Assembly (NCBI GenBank): GCA_030390025.1
Contig: CM059427.1
Span: forward strand, 188,666,001 to 188,730,000
Length of the DNA stretch: 64,000 nt
Reading direction: 5' to 3'
Source: Squalus acanthias
Lineage: Eukaryota
The position numbers and the translations under genes were made by a program. How positions within the stretch are numbered: position 1 is the stretch's first letter; the number at the start of each line of letters is the position of its first letter. Under the pieces are notes generated by a model that worked only from the letters and a program-made list of their open reading frames with translations, did no database searches and was not told the DNA's origin. Positions 23,067 through 36,347 of the stretch are shown here, one piece after another.

Positions 23067-23694
23067 ACAAGACGGCTCAGCAAAAGCCTGAGATTGTTCT
23101 GTGTGAAACTTTCAGGCCTTTGATCTGCTCCTCGCTTTCATAATAAACCTGGACTCACTTCCCCAGATTCTGGGTCACAAATAGTTTATCAAAATGTACA
23201 GAAGTGTTACAGTGAATGAAAATGAAGTCAAGAGAGATTCCCTCAACTGAAGTGAGGTGTGATCTGGTTGCTGAGTCGTCGCCTCCTAATCCAAGTTCGG
23301 AGAGTCCCTTCTCATCCATTGTCTGTTCCAGACTGAGGAGAATCTGTGGGAGATGAGTGACTAAATATCAAACTGTGTGGGAGAGGGAGGTCATTGGGAG
23401 GGGGGACGGCCCATCACCACCTCAGATGCCAGTGCTGCCCTCATCCTGAGAATAAATATAAAAAGGATCCTTTTTCAGTGTGTATTTTCCAGAAGTTTCC
23501 TCCACAGCCTGTATTCTGCAGGGAAATAAAGTTTCTTCTCATCTTAACTCTGTCCTCAGGTTTCATATTTTTACTGAGCTCCTCTAGTTATTTATTCATA
23601 ATTCAACTTAAACTACCTGCTCACACCTAAATTGTCAGTCACTCTCATCAATTTAAAGATTTCGAGCATGTCATGTGTCCCCCATAATCTTCTT

Positions 23695-24682
23695 CATAGA
23701 ATCATAGAATGGTTTTTCCATCAGGTACTTATCCAATTCCCTTTTGAAAGCCGTGATTGAATCTGCCTCCACCATCCTTTCAGGCAGTGCATTCCAGATC
23801 ATAACCACTCGCAGCGTAAAAAAGTTTTTCCTCATGTCGCCTTTGGTTCTTCTGCCAATCACCTTAAATTTTTGTCCTCTGGTTCTCGACCCTTCCACCA
23901 ATGGGAACAGTTTCTCTCTATCTACTCTGTCTAGACCCCTCATGATTTTGAACACCTCTATCAAATCTCCTCTCAACCTTCTCTGCTCTAAGGAAAACAA
24001 CCCCAGCTTCTCCTGTCTATCCACGTAACTGAAGCCCCTCATCCCTGGAACCATTCTTGTAAATCTTTTCTGCACCCTCTCTAAAGCCTTCACATCCTTC
24101 CTAAAGTGCGGTGCCCAGAATAAGAACCTAAGAACATAAGAAATAGGAGCAGGAATAGGCCACTTGGCTCCTCGAGCCTGCTCCGCCATTCAATAGATCA
24201 TGGCTGATCTTGGGCTCAAAGCCACTTCCCTGCCCGCTCCCCATAACCCTTCACTCCCTTATCTTGTAAAAATCTGTCTATCTCCACCTTAAATGTATTT
24301 AATGACCCAGCCTCCATGGCTCTCTGCGGCAGAGAATTCCATAGATTTACGACCCTCTGAGAGAAGAAATTCCTCCTCATCTCAGTTCTAAAAGGGCGAC
24401 CCTTTATTCTGAAACTATGCCCCCGAGTTCTGGAGTTCCCCACGAGGGGAAACATCCTCTCTGCATCTACCTTGTCGAGCCCCCTCTGTATCTTATATGT
24501 TTCAATAAGATCACCTCTCATTCTTCTAAACTCCAATGAGTATAGGCCCAAGCTGCTCAACCTTTCTTCATAAGTCAACCCCCTCATCTCAGGAATCAAC
24601 CAAATTGGACACATTACTCCAGTTGAGGCCGAACCAGTGTTTTACACAGGTTCATCATAACTTCCTTGCTTTTGTACTCTAT
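23695..24682 (-). mobile_element. Nested CR1 LINE 3' fragments (outer copy continues at 30616-30800)
   Basis: FWAPHFRKDVKALERVQKRFTRMVPG motif. A second CR1 3' end (about 24121-24600) is inserted within the first. Confidence 0.9.
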
Positions 24683-24961
24683 TGGCTGGATTTTGTCAGT
24701 GGAGGCGGGTTGGGTTCGGGTCAGGTGGTCGGCGGGTCCCGCCCCGCCTCCGATGTGAGGCGGGACAATTGAGCCATTTTGCCCTAATTGGGCACTTGAT
24801 TTCCAGCGTGTGGGACCCCCTGGCCCAATGAGTCTTTTGGTCCTGAAACTCGCCTCTGATGACGTCATCTATGCAGCTGCATTTAAGGCCTGTAGCAGCC
24901 TTGGTTCTTTTTCTGCCTTACAACTTTTGCAATTTACTTCTGAGGGATTCGTGCAACAACC

Positions 24962-26951
24962 ATGTCAGGCACAAGACAGAAGTGTGCACCCCGCTTCGAT
25001 GAGAACTCCCTCCAAGCTCTCATGGAGGGAGCAAGAGCGAATAAGGAAGTGCTGTTTCCTTCTTCAGGGAGGAAAAAAGTCTCCCCAACAGACCAAAGCT
25101 GTGTGGCTGCAAATGGCACAGGAGGTGAATGCCATTTCAATGTGCAGCAGAGCCTGGCTGCAGTGCAGAAAGAGGTTTCATGACCTTCTCTGCACAGGAA
25201 AAGTGAGTATTTCATCCACATGACCCTCAATCTCATCCCCATCGCCTCTCATCACCAGCACACTGCTTTATCAACCTCATCCTCCAAATCCCACTTGACC
25301 CTTACATCCCTGCACCCTTAACCATTCCCTCTCTCTGTATGTACACATTCACTTAACTATTCGACTATGCAGCCCTCACACTCCCTATCACTGTGATGCA
25401 ATGACAACAACTTACAACACACAGGGATGGCCCTTGGTCTTGGCACCTCACTCCATCTTTGTGTCCTTCTAAGCATCAATGCTATGCATTCTCTCCACTC
25501 ACTCCTTCATTCTCACTCAAACTCCACTTGTGTCCCTCATTGCAGGAATGGAGAGCCCACAATAAGAGGGAGAGGGTGAGGACAGGAGGAGGGCCACCCT
25601 CAATAGCCCAGCTCACCACTGTAGAGGAGGCGGCCCTGGAGATCGTGGGAGTCGAGGAGGATGCACAAGTGGGGGACGGACAGACGGGCGCATCAGAGCA
25701 AGCTTGTGACAGAATAGTTTTTCATCTCTCTCATTGACATTGCATGAGTGACTGATATTGATTCTGATGCTCTAACAGATTGACTTATGATCATCTGCAG
25801 AATTCAATGTGCATGCAATGTTTATCTCACATGTCTAACTCTTTCCTTTACTCACCCACAGGACCATCGACAGCCACCCTCCCCACTGTCCAGGAGGAAC
25901 AGCCTGAGACACCAGACTCCTCAGAGGAAGCTGCAACCTCTGAGGGCGCAGCGTCTGCAGAATTAAGCGCATCCAGCACCAGCGCAGACACTCACACCTC
26001 GGTGGGACCTTCAGGAGATAGAGTAGAGTTGTCACCTGGTGTATCACAGCTCACAAGTGAGCATCAGCAGATGGTGGAGACAGGGACAGCAGTGGAGAGT
26101 CCTCGTCAGAGGGCACAGGACACTCCCAGCTCGGCTCCGCTGCATGTCGACCCTGTGTCTCCGGGTCCATCCAGAAGGAGAGCGGTGCTGGAACTCCAGG
26201 AACAGGTGCAGGGGTCTCTGGCAGGTTTTGTCTCCAGGGTCGCTGCGAGCGTGGAGCGAATGGAGGAGTCCATCACTAACATGATCAGAGCCTTTGTGGG
26301 GAGCCATTGGCACATGAACGCATCACCACGGAAAGGATGGCTACCTCCGTGGTAAGGCTGGCTACCGTAGAGGAGAGGATGGCTATGGTAGAGGAGAGGA
26401 TGGCTACGGCCATGGAGGAGCTTAGTTGCCAGGGTCTTGAAAACATGGTCATTGTTCAGAATAGACTGACATCTCTTGAGGAGCGATGGCCAGCTATTGA
26501 GCAGAGAAACCAGACCTTCATGGAAGTCCTCTGGAGTAGGACTTCCAGTGCAGAAACGGGTCCTCATGGCCCCCCTGAAGTGCAGAAAGGGGCTGTCCAG
26601 CCACTTGCTAGCTCTGAAGTGGGGCTGACCCATGAGAGGGATGTTGGTGGCAGACAACAAGGAAGTGGGGGCTCCTCTCCAAGTGCTCAAATGACCATGT
26701 CACTGCAAAGCCCTCGGTCAGAGCCCCACCAGAGTCCTCACCCAACTGAGATCGGTGTCTCAGCCCCTGCACAGCCGCAGGAGCAGCAGACTTTTGCCAA
26801 GCCCTCACAGGCTCGCAACCCCAGAGGATGCCCGCCAAAGGTGTCGAGGCAGGAGCAGCAAGAAAGTGAGCAAGGGGCCTCCACATCTGCTGAAGCCACA
26901 GGGGAAGCACCACGTAGGAGTACGCGTAAGAGGAAGATAAAGCACAAGTAG
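24962..26951 (+). pseudogene. Harbinger Myb/SANT (trihelix) partner gene, 3 exons (about 24962-25202, 25546-25705, 25862-26951)
   Basis: APRFDENSLQALMEG..W..AQEVN..RAWLQCRKRFHDL, then AHNKRERVRTGGGPP, coiled-coil heptads and a basic C-terminus. GT-AG introns; frameshifts present. Confidence 0.85.
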
Positions 26952-27209
26952 TCACAAGGGTAGTAACTTGGGTGTAATGTTGTGTTTATTTTTGAAAAGC
27001 CGTCCGTGAATTGATGTGATAAAAAAACTTGATGGCAAACTGTTGAAGTTGTGGGCTGTGTCATTTCGGAAATTGGACTTCCACATTGAGGGCTTAGGGT
27101 GAATTGTAATTGTCAGTATGCTGGTCAGAGTGATAGGAATCCGCAGGTTCTTGGCCATTGTCGATGCTCTGGTAAGAAGGTGCGAGGCAAAAGTGTTTGA
27201 TTGTGCAGG

Positions 27210-30085
27210 CTAAGCAAATCTGGCCAAGATGAGTGCATCCCTTGCATCCCGGGCAGCAATGTGCTTGCGTGCTGCTGCCGCTGGTTGATGCGCCTCCGCA
27301 AGCTGTTTGTTGTCGCTCTCCTCCTCCTCCTCATCATCCTCATCCTCATCTGAGGAGGCTATGTGATGAGCCACTTGTACCTCAGTCAGCTGCAAGCCAC
27401 GATGCTGTGCCATGTTGTGAAGTGCACAGCAGACCACGACGATTCTGGAGACCCTGGCTGCTGAGTACTGCAGGGCTCCACCTGACCTATCAAGGCATCT
27501 GAATCGCATCTTCAGCAAGCCGATGGTTTGCTCGATTATGGATCTGGTGGAAATGTAGCTGGAGTTGTAGCGCTCCTCAGCTTCATTGGATGGCCTCCTC
27601 AATGGCGTCATTAGCCACGTCTTCAGGGGATAGCCCTTGTCCCCAAGTAGCCATCCGAAAAACTTGGTTTGGCAGAATGAAGAGTGGAGTCACACTAGAC
27701 TGCGCAGGATGAAGGAGTCATGGCAACTGCCAGGGTACTTGGCGCAAATTGCAAAATTTCCTTCTGGTGGTCACACACCAGCTGCACGTTGAGGGAGTGG
27801 AAACCCTTGCGGTTGACAAAAATACCTGGATTGTGATGGGGTGCCTTAAGGGCCACATGTGTGCAGTCAACGATGCCCTGCACCCTTGGAAAGCCTGCCA
27901 GAATAGCAAATCCAACCGCACGCGCCGTTAAACTTGCGTGATAGTTGGAGAAGTTGATGTAATTGTGCGCAATGGCAAAGAGGGCATCGGTTACCTGCAT
28001 GATGCAAGTGTGTGCGGCCACCTGGGAGACGTCGCTGATGTTCGCTGTAAAGTTTCGCAATTATCGCGATTCGAAATAACATAAGAGAAGCAGATTTGTT
28101 TCATCAGTTTTATTAAACGAAATGCTGTCATGATAATAAAGGACACAGAAGCCTGTAAAATGGCCGCTGCGCATCGTGGAAGAAGCTTCCAGAAATACAG
28201 TGGGCAGACAAGATGGCGTCGAATAAACATTCAATATAAGATTGGATCATACTCGGTAAACATTGATAAAGACAGGATGCAACCCGTTTGCATTTGAAAC
28301 AATAGCAAAGATATAAGTGCTGGAATCGTTTTTCCTATGCACAGCAAGGACATTGTACTGGGCAATCGAAGGCCCATCCAGACACATCAATACACAAATA
28401 CCCCCACGGCTCTACAATGAGAGAGACATTGACGGGTGATTAAGTCAGTATTTGGGGGGCCCCAAAACCAGTCAGGGAGATGATTCATACACATCCTGGC
28501 TGGGTCAACAATGTGGAAAACATTAACGGATAGTTGGCCAGTTTCAGGTGTTACCGAAACCCGTTAAGAAAGATAATCGCCCCATGCTGGGAGTTTTGTG
28601 CGCCAATATTACACAAAGGACAAACATTAAGATTTGAGCGGGAGATAAGCGGACACAGGACTATAACTATAGTGAACAAATGTCCATCGATCTCTGATTC
28701 GCTTGCCGCTTCATGAACTCGCTTGACTGGTGAGCTTTTGATTTTCTCTCTGGACTTTGTTGACTCTTGACTTTTAGCCGTACTGGTCGGTTATTCGAAT
28801 GTTGGGTGGAGCTCAATCGGAACGAGCCGCCTCGACAAGGGCAAGTAACAGGGTACACCATCCCGAGTGTCGGTAAACGGTGTCTGGACCCGGAGGCCCG
28901 AAGAGACGAGACGAGACGAGAAGAAAAGGAGAAGAATCCACGTGCCGCCACGGTCAGTAAACCCCGACCGCGCCCGAAAATATAAATAAAGAACTTTTCA
29001 TTGAAATCTACCGACAACCTGTATCGAGCACAGGAAGACTCTTCTTTGAACTGTGTCCGAGGTCCGTCGAGTTCTTCATGACAACAGGGAGTCTGGCCTG
29101 CTTGTCGCAGCAGCGAAAATAAACAAGTGGGGTACAGAGCCCTTCCAAACACGTGACAGTCAGGCGCTGCAGCGAAACGAGCTGAGTGCCTCACTTTAAA
29201 ATTCTCCGAAGTAACACGAGTGGTGAGTATGTTTTCCGATCCTACAAATCTAGATGTAGTGTAGGTATGGTTAAGGGAGGGTGGTTTTATTAAGGTTAAA
29301 GTATAATGTGTTCCCCTTTTTACGATGTGCCGTGCGTTCTTCATTTCCATAGACCAAGCTTTATGAATGTATGTATACTTGTACTCTCGTTAATTTGCGC
29401 CTATGACATGTACTTCATGATTTTGGACGTTATGCAATAAAGATTTCCATTTCGTACTATTCAACCGGGTCTATTTGAGTTTTCTCTGCATTACTGCTCC
29501 CTGCACCTAAGTCCAGTGTTAGAACCGTAAGGGCGAGTGGGTCGAACCACTCACAGGTGCTAATTGCAATAAGGCTGGCCGGAGACCAGAGCAAGCAATA
29601 GTATCAGGCAACGAAGACCTAACCTCGCACCAGCATCGTCTGAGAGACACACAACCCTTACATTGCTCTTGATCCCTGGAATGAGCCTGAAGCAAAAAAG
29701 TTGAGTGCGGTGGTGACTTTGACGGCCACTGGTAAGGGGTGTCCACCCGCTCCTCTGGGCTCCAGGTCTTGCTGCAGCATTGCGCAGATGTCACCCACTA
29801 CCTCTCGCGAAAGTCTGAGCCTCCTTTGGCACTGCTGCTCGTCATGTTGAAGTAGCTCATCCTCTGTCTGTAGACCCTGTTTTCGGGGTATCTCCTGCGG
29901 CGATGTATTTCCATGCGCTGGCGCCTTCTGGCCTGTGCAGCTTCAGGTGGGTGAGCAGTAGCTTGGCGCTCCTGTTTTTGCTCCTGCTGTTGGTGCTGCT
30001 GTTGTTCAGGGTTCTGCTGCTGCTGCCGCGGCTGGTCTTCATCCGAATCTGATGTCTAGGAGGAAAGGAAATAAATGGTTCCCAT
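27210..30085 (-). pseudogene. Harbinger transposase disrupted by a solo LTR
   Basis: [58 protein letters not shown]. Early stop and frameshift. Confidence 0.92.
28046..29662 (+). mobile_element. Solo LTR (about 1.6 kb) of an LTR retrotransposon/ERV
   Basis: TGTAAAG...CCCTTACA termini, 4-bp TSD TCGC/TTGC, internal AATAAA near 29436. Removing it restores the transposase frame (FQGSRANISD). Confidence 0.8.
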
Positions 30086-30989
30086 GCTTCTGTTATGTAC
30101 CTCAGTTGAGGAAGCGCTCAGTCAAGGTGGGGAGAGGGGTTTCCCAGGAGGTCACACTGGAGATGGGTCTCAGCCTCCAAACTTCCACAACAATGAGTGG
30201 GCCTGCTAAAAGTTCTCCCAGACCTGAGACAACAAATTTCTGCCACCTGCAAATGATCATTGGTGAAAACTCCTTTTTAATGGTGGAGATGCCACTGTTA
30301 GTAAGCAACCCACTTGTGAGGCCGCCAGGATTAACTGGCGTGTTCCAGAGGAGACGTGCAGCATGGGGGAAATGTGTTAAATTCAGAAAGGCCTCTCAAA
30401 ATGGGATTATAGAGGCAATTAACTGGCTGCTAATGGCCTTAAGGGCCTATCCCACCTCTTGGAGGCGGGATGGAAACGGGGTCTGAAACCCCGCTTTGGG
30501 GAAAATTGCTCAGAGGCGGGCTGGAGGCGGGATCGGAGCCGCCCGCCATTTTTTGCGAATTTAACTCCTCACACGCCTGCAAACCCGCCTCCTCGGGCCT
30601 GGCAAAATCGAGCCCTATGCCTCTATTTATGAAGCCCAGGATCCCATATGTTTTTTTAACTGCTTTCTCACCCTGCCCTGTCACCTTCAACAATTTGTGC
30701 ACATACACTCCCAGATCTCTCTGTTCATGCTGCCCCTTTAGAATTGTGCCCTTTAGTTTATATTGCCTCTCCTCGTTCTTCCTCCCAAAATGAATCACTT
30801 CAGTGAAAAGACCTCCATCTGTCACTCACCAGACTTTGACATAACCAGAAGGGAACATTCACAGGGTTTAGGATCCTTCCTGTTTCGATGCAGAAGTTAC
30901 CTGTTTTTAACCAGCTTCCACTGTTTTATTTTTACACGTACTATTTTAAAATAAAACCTACAAAAATCTGACTACATTGAAAATCATTC

Positions 30990-33900
30990 CTTGTGGTAAT
31001 TCCCATCTTTAGAAAGGATCGGGAAACTGGAAGAGGTGAAGGGGTCGCCTTATTGATTAAAGACACTATTAAAACAGTAGTAAAAGAGGGTAGAGGTAAG
31101 GGAAAGCAATCGACGGTTACTCTGTGGTTAGAATTGAGCAACAAGAGAGGACAAAACTGTAATGGGAGTTGTCTACAGGCCTCCTGATAGCAGCAATGAC
31201 GTGGCAGAATGTATTAATTTAGAGATTAGAGAGGCTTGTTGCAAAAGCAGAGTTGCTTTACTGGGAGACTTTAATTTTGATGCAGGCTGGGAAGAGCAGA
31301 GTCGCTCAAGTCAAAAAGCAGTGAATTTTTTGAGTGCATTCAAGGTAGTTTTCTCGAGCAATATGTTCTAGAACCAACAAGAAGGCAGGCCATACTAGAT
31401 TGAGTCATGAGTAATGAGCTAGACTCAGTGAATAATCTAACAGTAAGGGAACATTTATCTAACAGTGATAATAATATGACTGAATTCAATGTTAGGTTTG
31501 AAAAGGAGAAACGTAACACTGTTACTAAGATTTTAGATTTTGGTAAAGCTAACTTTAACGAGATAAGGCAGAGACTGACGAGAGCAATCTGGTCAAAACT
31601 GTCACCGGGTAAAACTACAGAGGAACAGTGGGAGTTGTTCAAAAAGGAACTTAATGCAGGACCAGTCTATAACCCTAAGGGACAACTTACCAAATTACTT
31701 ACCAAATAAAACAGCCATGGCTGACAAAAGAGGTGAGAGATAACATCAAACTAAAGGAAAGAGCATAGAGAAGTGCAAAGAATAGTGTAGATCCAGGGGA
31801 CTGGGAGAGATATAAAGAACAGCAAAGCAAAACAGAAAACTAGTAAGAGCTGCAAAAAGGGAACGGAAAGAAACTTGCGAGAGATATCAAGATTAACACA
31901 AAAAGTTTTACAATTATATTTGAAGAAAAAGAGTAGTCAAGGGTAATGTCGGCCATTAAAAACAGATGCTGGTAATATTGCAAATTAAATTAAGCAATGG
32001 CAGACTTGTTGATTAATGACTTGGGCTCGATTTTGCCAGGCCCGAGGAGGCGGGATTGGAGGCATGTGAGTTGTAAAAATCGCAAAAAATGGCGGGCGGC
32101 TCCGATCCCGCCTCCATCCCGCCTCCGAGCAATTTTCCCACATTCGGGGTTTCAGAACCCGTTTCCATCCCGCCTCCAAGAGGCGGGATTGGCCCTGAAT
32201 GCCCTTAACTACCAGTTAATTGCCTCTATTATCCCATTTTGAGAGGCCTTTCTGATTTTAGCACTTTTCCCCCATCCTGCACATCTCCTCTGGAGCATGC
32301 AAGTTAATCCTGGCGGCCTCACAAGTGGACTGCTTACTAACAGCTGCAGCTCCACCATTAAAAAGGAGTTTTCACCAATGATCATTTGCAGGTGGCAGAA
32401 CTTTGTTGTCTCAGGTCTGGGGGAACTTTTAGCAGGCCTACACATTGTTGTGGAAGTTTGGAGCCTGACACACATCTCCAGTGTGACCTCCTGGGAAACC
32501 CCTCTCCCCACCTTGACTGAGCGCTTCCTCAACTGAGGTATATAGCAGAAGCATGGGAACCATTAATTTCCTTCCTCCTGGACTTCAGATTCGGACGAAG
32601 ACCAGCCACGGCAGCACAGAACCATGAACAACAGCATCACCAACAGCAGCAGCAACAACAGGATCGCCCAGCTGCTGCTCACCCACCTGAAGATGCACAG
32701 GCCAGAAGTCGCCAGCGCGCGACCACATTGCTGCCCAGGATGCAAGGGGCGCACTCATGTTGGCCAAATTTGCTTAGCCTGCACAATCAAACACTTTTGC
32801 CTCGCACCTTCTTACCAGAGCATCGACAGTGGACAAGAACCTGCGGATTCCTATCACTTTGACCACCATACTGACAATTGCAAGTTGCCCTAAGCCCTCA
32901 GTGTGAAAGTCAATTTGCGAAATGACATAGGCCACAACTGCAACAGTTTGCCATCAAATCTGTTTATCATCACAATTCAAGAATGGCTTGTCAAAAATCA
33001 ATACAACAGAACACCCAATTGACTGCACTTGTGACTACTTGTGCTTTATTGTCCTCTTACGCATGCTCCTACGTGGTGCTTCCCCTGTGGCTTCAGCAGA
33101 TGTGGAGGCCCCTTGCTCACTTTCTTGCTGCTCCTGTCTTGACACCTTTGGCGGCCGTTCTCTGGAGTTATGAACCTGTGAGGGCTCGGCAACAGTCTGC
33201 TGCTCCTGCGGCTGTGCAGGGGCTGAGACGCTCATCTCAGTTGGGTGAGGACTCTGGTGGGGCTCTGACCGAGGGCTTTGCAGTAGCATGGTCATGTGAG
33301 CACTTGGAGAGGAGCCCCCACTTCCTTGTTGTCTGCCACCAACATCCCTCTCATGGGTCATCCCCACTTCAGAGAAAGCAAGTGGCTTGACAGCACCTTG
33401 CTGCACATCAGGGGGGCCATGAGGACCCGTTTCTGCACTGGAAATCCTACTCCAGAGTACTTCCATGAAGGTCTGGTTTCTATGCTCAATAGCTGGCCAT
33501 CGCTCCTCAAGAGATGTCTGTCTATTCTGAACAATGAACATATATTCAAGACCCTGGCGACTAAGCTCCTCCATGGCCGTAGCCATCCTCTCCTCTACGG
33601 TAGCCAGTTTACCACGGAGGTAGCCATCCTTTCCACGGAGGTAGCCATCCTTTCCGTGGTGATGCGTTCATGCGCCTATACCTCCACAAAGGCTCTGCTC
33701 ATGTTCGCGATGGACTCCTCCATTCGCTCCACACTCGCAGCGACCCTGGAGACAAAACCTGCTGGAGACTCCTGTACCTGTTCCTGGAGTTCCAGCACCG
33801 CTCTCCTTCTGGATGGACCCGGAGGCACAGGGTCGACATGCAGCTGAGCCAAGCTGGCAGAGTCCTGCGCCCTCCAATGAGGACTCTCCACTGCTGTCCC

Positions 33901-35935
33901 TGTCTCCACCATCTGCTGATGCTCACTTGTGATCTGTGATACATCAGGTGACAACACTACTCTATCTCGCGAAGGTCCCACCGAGGTGTGATTGTCTGTG
34001 CTGGTACTGGGTGCGCTGAATTCTGCTGACGCGCGCCCTCAGGGGTTGGAGCTTCCTCTGAGGAGTCTGGGGGCTCAGGCTGTTCCTCCTGGACAGTGGG
34101 GACTGGGGCTGTCGATGGTCCTGTGGGGGAGTAAATGAAAGAGTTAGAGATGTGAGGTAAAGGTTGCATGCACATTGAATTGTGCAGATGATCATAAGTC
34201 AATCTGTTAGAGCATCAGAATCATTATCAGTCACTCATGCAATGTCAATGAGAGAGATGCTAAACTATTCTGTCACCAGCTTGCTGTGATGCACCCTGTC
34301 TGTCCGTCCCCCACTTGCGAATCGTCTTCCACTCCGGCGATCTCCAGGGCCTCCTCCTCTGAAGTGGTGAGCTGGTCTATTGAGGGTGGCCATCTTCCTG
34401 TCCTCGCTCTTTCCCTCTTATTGTGGGCTCTCTTTTCCTGCAATGAGGGACACAAGTGGAGTTTGAGTGAGAATGAAGGAGTGAGTGGAGAGAATGCATA
34501 GCATTGATGTTTAGAAGGAGACAAAGGGCCCTCCCTGTGTGTTGTAAGTTGTCGTCATTGCATCACAGTGATAGGCAGTGTGAGGGCTGCATGGTAGAAT
34601 AGTTAAGTGAATGTGACCCCAGAGACAGAGCGAATGGGTAAGGGTGCAGGGATGTCAGTGTCAAGTGAAATGTGGAGGAAGAGGTTGGCAAAGCAGAGTG
34701 CTGGTGATGAGAGGCGATGGGGATCAGATTGAGGCTGATGGAAATGTCATACTCACTTTTCCTGTGCAGAGAATGTCATGAAACCTCTTCCTGCACTGCA
34801 GCCAGGTTCTGCTACACATAGAAATTGTGTTTACCTCTTGGGCCACTTGCAGCCACACAGCTTTAGTCTGCTGGGGAGGCTTATTCCTCACTGAGGAAGG
34901 GAAGAGCACCTTATTATTTGATCTTGCTCCCTCCACCAGAGCTTGGAGGGAGGCCTCATCGAATCTTGGAGCACACTTTCATCTACTGGTGGATGTAATT
35001 GGGGAAGGAAGTGCTCAGAACAATGGGCATAAAGTTTAAAGGCTGAAAAAGAAGCAAGGCTGCTTGCAGGCCTTAAATCCAGCAGCATTGATGACATCAT
35101 CAGAGGTGACTTTCTGCATGAAAAGGCTCATTGGGCCAAGGGTTCCCACACGCTGGAAATCAAGTGCCCAATTACAGCAAAATCGCACTTCTGTCCCTCT
35201 TTACATTGGAGTCCAGATCCTGACACGACGACCACTTGACACGCCCCTAGCCCGCCCCCAATGACAAAATCCAGCCCTTTGTGTCAGTCTGCACAGTCGA
35301 GGAATAGGATAATATACCTAACATTCCAGGCAAACTAATAAAGGACTGGAACTTATTAAAGTTAATGTAAGCAAGAAAATAGTATTAGAACAAATGAATG
35401 GCACTAAAGCCTACTCCTGCTCCTATTTCTTATGTTCTCACATCCCCAGAACCTGATGGTTTCCACCCCAGGGTTTTAAAGGAAGTAGGTGAGGAAATTG
35501 CAGATACTTTAGCCATAATCTACTGAAGCTCTCTCAATTCAAGAATTGTCCCTTTAGATTGGAAATTTTCAATGTAACTCCATTATTTAAGAAAGATGAG
35601 GGAAACAAGGAAATTATAGACCTGCCAGTCTAATATCTGTTATGGGGAAGTTATTGGAATCTATAATTAAGGACAGAGTGACTGAGCACATGGAGAGATT
35701 TGAGCTGATTAGAGAGAGCCAACATGGATTTGTAAAGCCTATGTCATGTCTAACGAACCTAAATGATTCTTTTGAGAACGCAACTAAAGTAGTAGACAGG
35801 GGAATGTCTATGGATGTAGTTTATATGGACATCCTGAAGGCATTGGATAAGGTTCCAAATAAGAGACTGTTAGCTAAATTTAAAGCTCTTGGAATTGAAG
35901 CCAAATTATTGACCTGGTTAGGAGATTGGTTAGAC
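30990..35935 (+). mobile_element. CR1 LINE ORF2 (endonuclease to RT), decayed and split by Harbinger 32023-35277
   Basis: FRKDR..GEGVALLIK, GVVYRPP, LLGDFN, HLSNSDNN; resumes with GKLLESIIKD..SQHGF..SCLTNL. Confidence 0.88.
32023..35277. mobile_element. Harbinger element, same family as 24683-30615, inverted, transposase core deleted
   Basis: TIRs GGGCTCGATTTTGCC / GACAAAATCCAGCCC. Three-exon Myb gene on - (about 33035-34990); transposase reduced to its N- and C-terminal ends (32553-32778). Confidence 0.9.
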
Positions 35936-36189
35936 GTTTGAAGAATTAACTTTACAGGCCAAACATGCTAATGAACCCATCCCCGGGATTTAGGATGTTG
36001 TCACTGTTCATGGCTGGAGGTGGCAGGGAGTCCTGGTCTGTCCTTATTCTGTAGCGGAGCTGGAACCCCAGAATTTCGACCCCAGGCACTTCATGTTACA
36101 ACACACCTTTCATTATAAATCAGCAGATTCTCCTATTTACCATGAGCTCTGCCATTTGAGATCCTCCAGTAACATTTAAAATAACAGAT

Positions 36190-36347
36190 CAGGGATGAGG
36201 AAGCTCGCCTGTCCTGTGGTTTCACAAGAGACAACGTCAATTACTTTGTGCAGAGCAACGACTGAGAACCTCAGTGTGTTGTGTGTCGCTGTGCTGGGAG
36301 CTTTGCTGCTCAGTCTCTGGACTTCTTCACTAGTCTCTTCCCACAAG
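36190..36347 (+). promoter_or_regulatory. Candidate promoter / non-coding first exon of receptor gene 2
   Basis: Unique island between TEs with adjacent Ets (GAGGAAG, 36197) and RUNX (TGTGGTT, 36215) motifs and a donor CAAG|gtaggc at 36347. The leader exon has an acceptor upstream of its ATG, so an upstream exon is expected. Confidence 0.45.

Larger units (their letters stand above)
24683..30615. mobile_element. Full-length two-gene PIF/Harbinger transposon (decayed)
   Basis: TIRs (T)GGCTGGATTTTGTC / GGCAAAATCGAGCCC and TSD TAT (24680-82, 30616-18) splitting a CR1. Convergent Myb gene and transposase. Confidence 0.92.

Noticed and set aside
28667-29350. 227-aa minus-strand ORF as a novel gene
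   Set aside because: It lies within the solo LTR, has no recognisable motif, and is not evidently preserved in the related copy at 39208-40440.
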